Shown piece by piece: positions 51,928 through 64,000 of a stretch of 64,000 nt of DNA; position 1 is the stretch's first letter, and every line of letters starts with the position of its first letter. The notes beneath the pieces are model-generated. The model made no database searches and was not told the origin of the DNA. It saw nothing but the letters and a program-made list of their open reading frames with translations. The stretch lies in contig JAAOMT010000597.1 of assembly GCA_016748015.1 (NCBI GenBank), forward strand, positions 1-64,000. Reading direction: 5' to 3'. Source of the stretch: Geosiphon pyriformis uo1. Taxonomy: Eukaryota; Fungi; Glomeromycota. The position numbers and the translations under genes are program-made.

Positions 51928-54851
51928 ATAACCAGAAACCTCTTCAATCTTTAAAACATGCCAAGCTAAAAAACAGCTTATCACAATAGCCACACTTGTA
52001 CCAAGAAATTTTTTTCCATGCCAGAAATAAAAATCTGAACTCTCTCAAATTTGTTCTTGATTCAAGACTCAGTATTTGGTTTCAACTTAGTCTCAGTAAG
52101 AATAGAAACCATAGTACCAGATTTCAAATACCAACAAATAATGTTTTTCTGCTTAGCCAAATTTGTTATACCCCTAATATTGCATGTGGCAATTTTTTAA
52201 ACTAGACTGGTTATTGAAAAAGAGATTTGAAATATACCACTAGCCAAGACTAAACCATTTAATCATGCTAACAAACTCAGTACTAAAGCAGAAAGCCCAC
52301 TTAGCATATTTTCTAGTTTTTTTACCTCAGAAGAGGCAAAAAAGTCTGAAATCATAGCAATCTTACCACCAGTGGCCTTACTTGAGCTCTTTCTTATCAC
52401 TACATCACCCACTTGATCCTATAATAGGAGGGTTATTAACAGTTGACATTCAGGGCTAGACTGAAAAACTGCCAGTACAAGTGACTTCAACTTCTTAGCC
52501 AACTTACTAATTTATTCTGCAAGACTGTTAAGGCTGCTTTTAATGTTCACTAAATATAATTCCAAATTATTAACAACAGGCAGAGGGGTTTTACTTCCAA
52601 AAAAAACCAGAGTAAGTCAAACCATTGCATGTAGAAAGAAGAGGAAAAAAAGATCTACCAACTATTTTTGCCTAAGAAGCACCACTAAAAGAGACAGGAT
52701 GAATAATAGAAGCTGAATGCTTGGCATAAATAGAAGCCAGCCTGCTTTTATTCTTCTCAGATAGCATTTTACAAGAGAAAGTACCAAGAGAATTTTTTTT
52801 TCCACCAGAAACACAGTCCAATAATATATGACCCAATTTTTCATACTTAGCACATTTGGCAGAGTTCAACTGAGACCAACATAGATTGGTATTTTTTAAT
52901 ACTGGTGTAGTCCCTATAACAGCATCCAAAGAAGCTGCAGAGTCAAAACAAACAATTACACATTTGGTCCAAGCATAAATAACTAAATAATAATTAATAA
53001 CACAGGTTTTTTTATCTACTGAGTTAATGTAATCTCAAATATTATGTGCATTGGTTCCCAAAGGCAATGTGTAAAGCAGTGCCCTATGATTATCTCTTTC
53101 ATCCCAAGATTTTTTGTTATTATCTGATCTAGCAACATGCACAGCATCTTTTTTGATTAAGATAAATCACTTTGCTGCCACCAAATCAGCATAATCTGAC
53201 TGTTTAAACTCAACCACAGCTTTCTGCCAAAATTTTACTAACTGCATCTTAATTGACTTAATTAATCCAAACTCAAATAGTGCAGTGTGCACAGCTTCAG
53301 CTAATGTTCTAACAAGAATTTTTTTTACCACCACAGCCCAATCTAAATGATCAGTAAATTTTTTAAGATTGGTGTTTATCAAGATCTTTGTCATCTTTGT
53401 CATATCAGAAGTCTGCACCAAGCTCAATTTGAAAGTGAACATTATTTGGATGATTCCAGAAAATTTTGAGTGAGTAGAGGCCTCCCCAAAATCATTGATT
53501 TTTAAAAATAATTTCCTAACCACCACTAGCTTCTCTTAAGAAGATTTCCTAATTACCTTATTCAAGCCAATATTTAAAGTAAATAACTTCCTAACTGGAA
53601 TGTCAACCAAAATTTTCAAAAAAGAAGAGAGTTCCAGTAGAACATCTGAAAGAACTTCATTATTATTACCACTAACTAAGAAATTAATCTTCTCTAATGA
53701 CTTGTCAAATGTCTTTTTAGTCTTGACTTATGAATTTTTAGACGTTTAATCAGGATTTTTTTTATTAAAAATACTACTTTTACCATAATTAAAACTGGTC
53801 TCCTCTATTAAATATTCCATTTTTATATCTATACTATTAGACTCAATGATATCACCAGTCTTTGAACTCCAAAAACAATCATTCTGTATCTTAGCTGAAT
53901 CTTTTTTATCACTGATACTATTCTTTAGAACACCATTTTTTCATTTTTTTTAATATAACAGACTTAAAATCATTACCAAAACCAGAGTCTTTAATAGCTT
54001 TTTTTATAACAGCAACACTAGAGCCAACAATGATCTTGTAATCAAGCAAAAATGATTTGAATTTATTATATTGAACTGTAAAAAACTTCTTTCAAAAAAC
54101 TTTTTAACTCTTTTTTGGGAATTTGAGACAAAAAAAAGAAAAAAGTTTCCTATTTTTTTTAATAAAATAACAAAAAATATAAAATTACTATTTATTAATA
54201 TATTATATTTCTTTAAAACTGTCTTATAATTATTTTTTATTAATTAAATATTATTATAATAACATTTTTTTCAAAATAAATTAATTTAGAAACAATTATT
54301 TTAATATAATTAAAACTTAATTTTTAATAAATACTTATTAAAAATTAATTTTTTATATAAAATAGTATCAATATATTATTATAAATATAAGCTAAAAAAA
54401 AGCTTAACATAAATAAAATAGTATTAATAATATCAAAAAAAAACTTTTATAAAACAGTTCATAATTTTTTTTAAATAGCAATTAATATTTTTTTGTAAAT
54501 AGTTTTTATAATATAAATATACAAATTAATTAAAAATTTGCTTATAAAACCAACAGTTATATATAAATTAAAATATTATATTATTGAAAAACAAACTTAA
54601 TTTATATAATAATAAAAATATTATTTTAATAATAATAATAAATAAAATAATATTAGTTATATTAAATTTTAAGTTGTTAATATTATTTTAATTTTTAAGT
54701 ATAATAAAAAAACTTAAATAATTTTAAAAATTCAAAAATTATAACACATTTTCAAATTTTTAAAGTAATTGTTTTACTAAATAATTTTTAGCTTTAAATT
54801 ATTATTTAATACTTAAATTAAGAATTATTGTTAGAATAATTATTAAAATTG

Positions 54852-56203
54852 TTTTTTTTTGTTTATTTAACAAGTGAAATTCAAACACTACTTAGAACTA
54901 TATATCAAGGAAATAATCTAAACTAAGCATGAATTATGCGTTTTCTATATGTGACCAGCTACTCGAGCCAGTTAGGACAACACTATGTACTTATATTGAC
55001 AAAAACCAGATTACTAATACCTGAAAAAAATGAACAAGATTCATGAAAGCCAAAATAGACACCAAAAGCTTCAGCAACACTAAGCAATTTAATCACACTA
55101 GCTGAAAACCCTAAAGCCAAACCAGAAACTGAGATGGAGATTGAGCCATCTACTGGAATCAGGCCATTTTTTTCCATAAATACATGATGTTTAGCATGGA
55201 CCAACCAAATATTATTCCTAAAAGCAAAACAAATAGAGTGCACAAAATCAACAATCTTAACACCAGCAACTTTGGAATCATGAAAGACAGAAATAGCCTT
55301 CCAAAGCCATTTATTGAAAACAAAACTTCTGTAAAGAGTTAATGAAACTGGAAAATACAGGTTGACAGCATCTGCAATATATCTGAAAAAAGAAGAGAGA
55401 GACCAGAAAGCACTTTCCAAGAAGACATGCAAGATTCTAAGAGCTGAATCATCAACTACACAAGAAAACACATGATTAGACATCTCTAACTTACCACAAT
55501 ATAGACACAGAACACTAGGGTAACATTTATTGTAAATGTACTTTCAGACAGTCATAGGAAGCTGACAATGCAAAGCCTTTATAAGATAAGTTCAAGTGTC
55601 AGTAGTGAGCCTGCTGGTGAAACCAGTGGCCATATGCAAATCAGGGTGCCAAACTCTAAAAGAAAAAAGCCAATCGACATCTGAATGCAAACTACCATTT
55701 AGAAATCCAGAACCAGAACCAACCTCCCAATGCATATAACAAACAGCACAAAAAACATCATAGACAAAAGTGCCTAAAATTACCAGAAACAACACCACCA
55801 TCTGCCAACAAAAAATGTTTACTAACATAAGGTAGAAGATACTAACCAGAGAGAGATATAGCATCAGCAATGCTATCGGCACAATCATTCCCTAAAATAC
55901 CAGAGTGGCCTTTAATCTTATGTCATTCAACTCTCAAATTTTTGCTGCAAATAACATTCCTAATATGCTGATGCTCAACTCAACACTGATTGCAAAAATC
56001 AGAACACACTAGGTCAGACTCTGATCTGCAAGCATCCAAAGCTGCCTGACTATCTGAAAACAGGTGAACAAAATGAGCTGTAGGCATGCACTCCAGAGCC
56101 AATGCTATAGTCTGCAGCTTCATCAAAGTAGATGACAATAAGCCATGAATACTGATATCCAAACCCAAATTAATGTCCTCAAAAAAGGCAGCTGCTTTGG
56201 CTC
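54852..56203 (-). mobile_element. 5'-truncated LINE copy 2 (RNase H to 3' end)
   Basis: GLLSSTLMKLQTIALALEC..VHLFSDSQAALDAC (RNase H), WHPDLHMATGFTS. A-tail at 54852. TSD TTAAAATTG(TT) at 54843 and 56204. Confidence 0.9.
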
Positions 56204-56739
56204 TTAAAATTGTTAGAATAATTTTTATATTACAATTAATAAATAATTTAAAATTATTATAATTAATATAAAATAAATATATATATAAATTATAACTATA
56301 ATTATGTTATTTATAAATAAAAATAAAAATAATAATATTGTTTTTATACAATTTTTACTTTGTAATTTAAAGTTTAAAATTGATAATTAAGATTTTAATA
56401 TTGATTTTTTAATTATTAATTTAATAATCAAAATTTACAATTAATTTTAATATAGTTTTGCTTATATTAATAGTTATTAATATTAGTTTTTACAATTATA
56501 ATTAATATAATAATAATATTCATAACTAATTTTAGAAATAATTATTGTTTTTACAATATTATAAAAATTAATATGTATTTTAATTATTAGCCAAATATTT
56601 TTTAATTTTCTAATTACATAAATTTATTAAATTGTTTAACTTAGTATTTAAATAATTTATTTATTGTTAAAAACAAAAAAATCTTTCTTTTATTAATCTT
56701 TTAGTCATAACAAAAGCATAAATTTATCAAAGAAATAGT

Positions 56740-59700
56740 TTTTTTTTTTTTTTAGTTATTTCATTAATACATCTATTTTTGTTGTAATAAAATTGGTAGG
56801 CTCTTCTGCTAATAATTTTAGTTTGGATTTGACTGGTTTGAAAATTTATTCAAGTGCCAAAAAAAACATATAGAAAATGTCTATTTCTACAATATGTTTT
56901 ACAAAAAGCTGAAGAAACCTGATACAAATATTGGTGTGGTCAATTTGTTTGTTAGCTCTTTAAGACTTAAAGATATTAGTAGATCTAATAAAAAGTCTGT
57001 GGTGTCTTGGAAAAACAAAGTTGATTGCAAAGCTAATAATTTTAATGATCTGTTGAATGTAAAAAATATGAAAAACACAGTTGTTAAAGAAACTAGTTAT
57101 GTGGATTTGAATGTTTTAATAGTTAACAAGAATATAAACAATACAATATTATAAAAAACTTGCACTCAAATTTACATATTAGGTTATTCACCAAAAGTTT
57201 CATTTTTTGTAGATTTAAATAATAATAATAATATTTTAATGCTTTTATTATCTAAGTTTAATGACTTTAAGCAGCTTCTTTTGGTTAGATTATGTGTTTT
57301 AAAAAAACAAAGTTTTGCTTTAACATGATTTTTTATATTGAATATTGAGCTTTTTGCTGTTTTTGAAAAAACTGCTGGTAATAAGTTGTTAAATATAAAA
57401 AAAAAATTTTATCATGCTAATAGTTTTGAAAGTTATTAATTTCCTCAAAATTTCTAGATATTATTAAATCATCTTTTACTTCTGAATCTAATTTAAATAA
57501 GACTAAGGAAATAATTATTAGTAAGAAAATTTTGGTTAATAAAAATATAAAAAGAGTAAACAATTGCACAGATTGGAAAGTAATCATTAAGAAAATTTCT
57601 GTTGATCTTCTAAAATTGGCTATGGAATCTGTTTTTTCTAAGTTTAGTAAAATTTTATTAATTAAAATACAGCTTATTAGTTTATGGTAAAAAGTTTTAA
57701 TTGAATTTAAATTATTTGATGTTGTTAATTTAATTGTATCTAAATAGTCAGTTTTCATAAAAAAAATTATGTGCATATAGTATTGGCTGTTAATAATAAA
57801 CAAATATGAACATCTAGAGATTGTTATTAAACTTTGTTATATATTTTTTCAATTAGAACAAGCATTTATAATTTTTCTAATCTATTGATTTCATATAGTA
57901 GAAAAACTTGTTCTATTGGTTACAATCCTAGTTTATATGTGTATAACAAATGTGCTGTGATTTGTTTTGTTAATAAAACATCTAAAAAAACTGCCATTAA
58001 TTCTGCTTCTATTTTTAAAAATGTGAATATTTGCTAAACTGGTTTTTTTTTGGTCTGTTGTGTTCAATACAAATAATTTGGTCATGTTTTTAATGTGTAT
58101 TCAATGGATAAAAATTTAGGTAGTTATAATAAAAGAGTAGTTAATTTTCAGGATCAAATTTATCTAGCAAATATATATAAAAAAACAGATACTAATTGCT
58201 TATCCAGTTTTTTTTGGTAGAAAAACTTGGATTCAAATTGTTAATAGTTCTTCTTCTTATGTAGTTTCTTTGATTTTTCTTGGTATCAGTTTGTCTTTAG
58301 ATATTAAACTTTTTTTATTAGTGTTTGTAGAAGTAAATAATAAGTTTGTTATTCTTGAATACAGTTTTGTTAGTCTTGCAAAACAAATTGAAAAGCTGGC
58401 TAAGAAGTTAAATACATTTAAACCAACAGCTTTTCAGTTTAGTTCTAAATGTCAACTGTTAGTAACTCTTCTATTACAGAATTAAGAGGCAGATATAGTA
58501 ATAAGTGAAAATTTGAATGCAGTTACTATTAGTGAAACTGTTGTAAAAACAGTATTTTTGAATTTAACAGCAATTTTTAAATTAGAGAACAGTTTACAGA
58601 GTCTTTCAGATACAGTTTTAGGTCTTATAGTTAAGATAAACAATTTTGGTCTTAGTTTAAGCATTTTTTTTTCTTAATAATTAATCTTGTATAGAAAATT
58701 ACTACATGTAACATTAGAAATATTAATGTTTCTGCTAAACAGACAAATGTTATTTAGTAGTATATTAATTTGAATAATATAGTTTTTATTATCATAAAAA
58801 CTAAGTTGAAGTTTAATATTAAACTTTGGATAATAAATAAGTTTAAAAAAGTACAAATCTTCATATCTGGTTTGAATAAAAGTTTTCTTGGTACTAGAAT
58901 GACTATAATTATAAATAATTTTTTGGTTTAGCATATTTCAAAAATTAACAAAATTTTAGACAAAATTGTTTTAGTTTGTTTTTTATTTAAAAATAAACTT
59001 TCAATAACAATCTTAAGATTGTATACTGATATTTTTTTGAGATTAAATTTGAACAGACATGGAAAATCAATTTTTTTATTGTCAAGACAATTAATTTTAG
59101 TACTTTTGTAGTTTTGGGTGGGGATTTTAATAAGAATGAATCGAAAAAAAGTGTAAATTTCAAGTTTTATTTAGATTTAGAGTTGGTTAATATATTTAAT
59201 AAATATTTAATAACCAAAGCTTTTATTTAAAACAATTTTAAAGATGTTAAAAAAGTATTAAATTTTATATTTGTAAATGGGAATTTGGTATCTATAGTCA
59301 TAAGCCATAAAATTAATATTGTATCAGAATTTTTTGATATGGATTACAAGACAATCTCAGTTTTAATTGGTTTAAATGATTTTTTAAATGTTTATTTCAA
59401 TAACATTTGTAAACAAACTAATAAAGATTGATGAAAATTTAAGATAAAAAATACAAATAAAGCCAAATAAATGCAATTTAAGAAGTGCTTTTTTAATAAA
59501 TTGCTGGTTGTATTAGATGTATTCAAGAAAACAGAGTGTTGTAGTAATTTAAATACAATGTAAAAAGTGCTAAAAGAAGTTGTAATACAATTTGCTAATA
59601 AGATGTTCTTTAAACATTAATATAGTGAGTATAATTACTTAAAAAACAAACAATTATCAAAATTTTTCAGATTAAAGCTACTTATTGTCAAGATTGTAAA

Positions 59701-62700
59701 AAAATAAAATTCTAAAAACTTGTTAGAATTTAATCATCTTGTTAAAGTTTGATTAATTGTTGATAATATTAAAGCTTTTAAAATTACCAGTATAATTTAA
59801 GATAATATAAGATTAACAAATATTATTAAATATTTGTTAATAATTTGGAAAGAATATTAGAAATCCAAATATTATAAAACAAAAACATCTGAAAATATGG
59901 CTATTTGAAAAACAATTGAATAATGTATAGAAAATTTCTGCTTTGACAAGAAGTGGATAATTAAAAGTATTCTGAAATAGTTTTTTTGCAAAGTTGTTTT
60001 GAATTACCTGGTAATTAAGAATAAATTAATTATAAAGTCTAATAAAATGAAACTTAAGATTAATAAAATCATAAAAGAATGAACAAAAAAACAGTCAATA
60101 TCTCTGAAAATGTCTAAACTCTGGTCCTATTAATATATGTTTTTAGATTATGTTGATTATAATGTTTTTTTGGTATAATAAAAAAAATTGATATAAAAGA
60201 GCTAGTTTTAATGATTAATAATTTACCAAATGGCAAAGCTGCTGAATTGTTGGGAATTCCAAATAAACTGTAAAAACATTGTAGTAATAAGGTGTTAAAA
60301 TGTCTTTTAAAGTTGTTAAATTTATGTTTGACTTTAAATATAATTTTAGTTTCTTAAAAAAGAGCATGGAGTTTAATAATTCTCAAATTTTATAAGTAAA
60401 ATAGCATTTTAACAAATACTTAGCCTATTGTACTAATTAAAACAGCTAGGAAAATTCTGTTAAAGATTTTTTTTGATCAGATATTTTTAGCATATAACAA
60501 GTTTAATGTTTTTTGTAGTGATAATTTTTCAGTATTAAAAAATACTTCAACTCAGTTTTTTATTTTTGCTATTGGTTCAGTTGTTAAAAATATACTAAAG
60601 AAGAATAAAAAACTTTGGTTGGTTTTGCAAAATATGCACAAAACTTATAATTTAGTAGAATAGTATTATTTAAAGACTAGCTTACAGTACATTAAAATAT
60701 ACAGTTGGTTTATTGAGTTTTTTGTTAACATACATAAAAATCAGATCAATAGAATAATAATTAACTTTGAGCTTTCAAATAGTTATAAAATATATGATGA
60801 ATTGGATTAGGATGAGATTTTTTTTTCTTTCCTTTGGAAAATTTTTTATGATTTACTTTTGTGTGAAATCAAAAAATATAAACATTTATGTAAATACCAA
60901 ATTAATATGAGATTTGTGGCCAGAACTGGTCAAATTAAGACCATTGAAAGAAAAACATTATTTTTTGCTATTGGTGTGTTTGTTAATGACACAATTTAGA
61001 TCAAAAGTAATCAAGCTTTTACATAATATATTTTAAATATTACTAGTAAATTTATTGATGTTAATAACATTTTAATTAATAATAATAAAACAATAACTAT
61101 TTCTATCAATTAGAATATTAAGACTGTCTTATTGATAATCAGTAGTTTACTAATTTTAATTGCTAAAAAAAGTGAATTATATAAATACTTAAGAATTTTT
61201 TTGTCAACTAAAAATCTCTTTAAATTTAATTTAGCTTAAACTTATATTAACATCAGGTTTTTTTCTAATGTGGTATTAAAAAAAACAATTATTGATAAAC
61301 AATTTTTTTATTTGGTTTTAACTGTTTTACAGTCTATAGTTAGCTACTAGTTACAATTTTGTTTTGTTTTGTCAAATAAGTATTATAAGTGAGATATAAT
61401 AATCAGAAAAAATCTTAAGGCCAAAGCCAATTGCCATGTAATTTTCCTAATAAGGCTTTATATTATCTATCTTTGTATAGTTTAAAGCTCTTTGAACAAG
61501 TGCAGTTTAAAGAAAAAATAACTTTGTTGGTTATTTTTTCTAATGTATTGAGCATTCTTGAATATTTTTTTGAACATAAATTCTTGAATTTACAGGTTCT
61601 AAAATGGTTTTCTTTAAACTTTCTGTAGTTTTTTGTCAAGTTGCATGTTAGTTTAGTAAACAATTTTTTGGTTGAGATGATAAAAATTTTTTGAACAATA
61701 ATCTATCTTTAATAAATAATTTGTCTAATATATTTTATGATCTTAGTAAATTTCTAATATTAAATATTTTGAAAAGATTTCTGTAATATACCTTTGTTCT
61801 CTTTTTAAAGTGATTTGAGATTGCTTTTAGTAATAGACTTTTGAACAAAAAAAGAAATATAATAAGTTAGAAAATATTTCATTAATAAAAAAGATTAGAT
61901 TTAAGAGGCTTTGTGTCTTATTAGTTTAAGCTAGTATTTGAATTTTTGATTGATAAAAGTTTTTTAGTGATTGATTTTACTAATACTAATAAGTTACTTG
62001 CTTTGAATATTTTGAGATCTAAAAAATTTTCTGATATGTAAGAAGATTTATGTAAGATTTGGTCTGATTCTATTAAAGTTTATATAGACAGTTTTTTAAA
62101 ATATACTAGTTCTGCTGGTGTTATTAATGGGGCAGCTGCCTACTTTTAGGCCATGAATATAGATGTTAATATTAAAATATATGGGCTTTTGTTCTTTACA
62201 ATGGCTGAATTACAGACTGTTGTATTGTTTTTAGAGTGTATTTTATTTTTTTGTGTAGTGGTTTTATATTTGGATAGTCAATTTATTATTGATATATATG
62301 TTTCTAAAGTTTTATTTATTGTACCAAACTTCTATAATCAGTATTGGATAAAAAAAAAGACATATTGTTAATTTAATTAAAAATAAAGATTAAAAATTAT
62401 TCAGATATTTTAGGCAATGTTTAAGCTAATATAATGGTAAATAAGACTGCTTATTCTTCTTTTTCTTTGCTGATTAAGGTTTAAAAACATTTCATAATAG
62501 TTAAAAATATGGCTATATCTGACAATACTTGTTATTTTGTTTGTAATTTATACAAATCTATTTGTTGTGCTTGATAAAAAGCTGGTTCTAATTATAATAT
62601 ATTTTCAAATGCACTGATTAAAAAAATGGATTGAATGGCTATTATAAAGATCTAACATCCTAACTCACATATGCTTTCTGAATTTACTAGTAAAAAATCT

Positions 62701-63455
62701 GCATGTTAGCATATGTATTTAATGAAAATTGTACACAGATGATTACTAATAGCAGTTAAAAAAAAATTGTATAATAACTTATATTTTAATGTATTATATT
62801 TACTATGTGATAAGGTAGAATTATCTGACTATGTTTTTATCTGTGTTGAAAATAGTAATATTCAAAAGAAAATTTTAACAAAAGCTTTTAAAAAATAGGT
62901 GTTATTAATAAGTACTTACTGCTCATTTTTTCTGCTGTTCTGTAAATATTTTCTTAGTATTTATTAAATATAAGTTTATATATAACAATTTGCAAGAGAT
63001 TTGTGCTAAAAAACTGGTATGTTAAAACTGTTACACTTTTTGAAGAAAGAGTAAAAGCAGTTTCTGCTCTTGTTAAATATATAAAACATTTAATAAAATT
63101 GTAATAAACTAAAGTATGACTTGTGAGATTAAAACATAAAGTAAACATAAAAAAAGCTGGCTTGGTCAAAGATAGTAGTATAATTTCAGGTTTACTTTGT
63201 TATATGGTATCTATGTTGTCAGATAAAATAATTTAGTTGTTTGGTTTAGTAAAGTTTTTTATAGTTAGTTTTGGTAAACAAAAACAGTACTTTTTTTTTT
63301 TTGGTTTAGGTAAAAATACATATATTAGTATAGATGTTTAGTGTTGTTTTGTTTGGCTTAAATAGCTGGTTATATGTAGTTAAAGCATAAGCTATATTTA
63401 GTTTGAATTACTTAGTTTGGTTCTATGTATTAGATAGTAGTTAGGCTTTACTTGT
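56740..63455 (+). mobile_element. Full-length but heavily eroded LINE copy 3
   Basis: Colinear ORF1 (about 56790-58670) and ORF2. RKITTCNIRN (APE, about 58700), GKAAELLGIPNKL, PIVLIKTARKILLKI, ELD*DE (GLDQGE), FVNDTI* (FVDDTIW, about 60980), YKYLRIF, VYIDSFL (RNase H, about 62080). 3'UTR matches the other copies. Confidence 0.88.
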
Positions 63456-63835
63456 TAAACATATAATAATAATAAAATATTGTTAAATTTTATAATATAA
63501 ATATAATTAATTTTTGTTTAATTAATTTAAAATTTTTGACATGAATAATAGTTTCTTAAAAAATATTTAAATATAATAAATATATATATTATAATAAACT
63601 ATTATATAGTTTTTATATAAATTAATTTAAAATTTAAGATAATATAAAATAATTAATATTAATAACTTAAATTTAATATAAATTTTAATAAAAATATTTC
63701 AAATACATAATAATTGTTTTATTGTTTTTTTGTTTTATAATAATAAAGTTTATTATTAAAGTATTATAAAAAAGTAATTTTAAATATATTAACAAGTTTA
63801 ATAATTAAGATCTAATATTATAAATTAATAATATT

Positions 63836-64000
63836 TTTTTTTTATTCTTTTTAATAAGTGAAGTCCAAATACTGCCTAATATAATACATCAAAAAATTGA
63901 TCTAATCTAGGTGTAAATTATGCATTTACTATATGCAACCAGTTACTCAAGCTAATCAAGACAACACTAAGCACCTATATAAACAGAAACAGGACTCCTA
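63836..64000 (-). mobile_element. 3' end of a further LINE copy, running off the window
   Basis: AAGTGAAGTCCAAATACT...ACCAGTTACTCAAGCTAATCAAGACAACACTA is homologous to 54872-54985; preceded by a T-tract (A-tail). Confidence 0.8.

Larger units (their letters stand above)
45901..54139 (-). mobile_element. Near full-length non-LTR retrotransposon (LINE copy 1): ORF1 (RRM-like + CCHC) and ORF2 (APE endonuclease, RT, RNase H, Zn finger); inactivated; carries two solo LTRs
   Basis: ORF1 AVVVKKILV..IKSIKMQLV.FWQKAVVEF and C-x2-[C>Y]-x4-H-x4-C. APE KIATCNIRG (about 52190) and IDYVFVS (about 50870). RT AFVDNTI (FVDD). RNase H VYTNSSL and VKEHSGIFSNECID. CLMC finger; A-tail at 45901. Boundaries approximate. 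Confidence 0.9.

Noticed and set aside
37804-63169. Short ORFs in the TE block as host genes
   Set aside because: They are fragments of mutated transposase, LINE or LTR sequence, or their antisense.

Overview
AT-rich, intron-rich fungal genomic DNA. Gene content and the LINE family resemble Glomeromycotina (Geosiphon/arbuscular-mycorrhizal type); this is recognition from memory, not a search. The window has two compartments. (1) About 1-36.6 kb is gene-dense, CpG-containing and rich in microsatellites, with 13 spliced or intronless genes. These are a Sch9-like AGC kinase, an uncharacterised 2-TM protein resembling PAC(TMEM206)/ENaC-fold channels, two LITAF-domain genes, a small C2-domain gene with a 1-nt frame break, a Pmp3/Sna3 proteolipid, Poc4, a Myb protein, MTAP, capping protein alpha, Pmt1, a divergent intronless Psf1, Utp11 and meiotic Rec8. 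(2) About 37.6-64 kb is a gene-free nest of dead transposons: two pogo/Tigger copies, three solo LTRs and at least five RNase H-bearing LINE copies or fragments. These have lost nearly all CpG and are eroded by directional C>T/G>A transitions. Best leads: the candidate fungal PAC/ENaC-like channel; a 9-kb run of membrane/endosomal genes carrying PY and other trafficking motifs; the RIP-like hypermutation in a lineage outside Dikarya; and the C2 gene frame break at a CCC-AGT-T heptamer. Exon boundaries were traced by eye, and GC/CpG statements are visual estimates.
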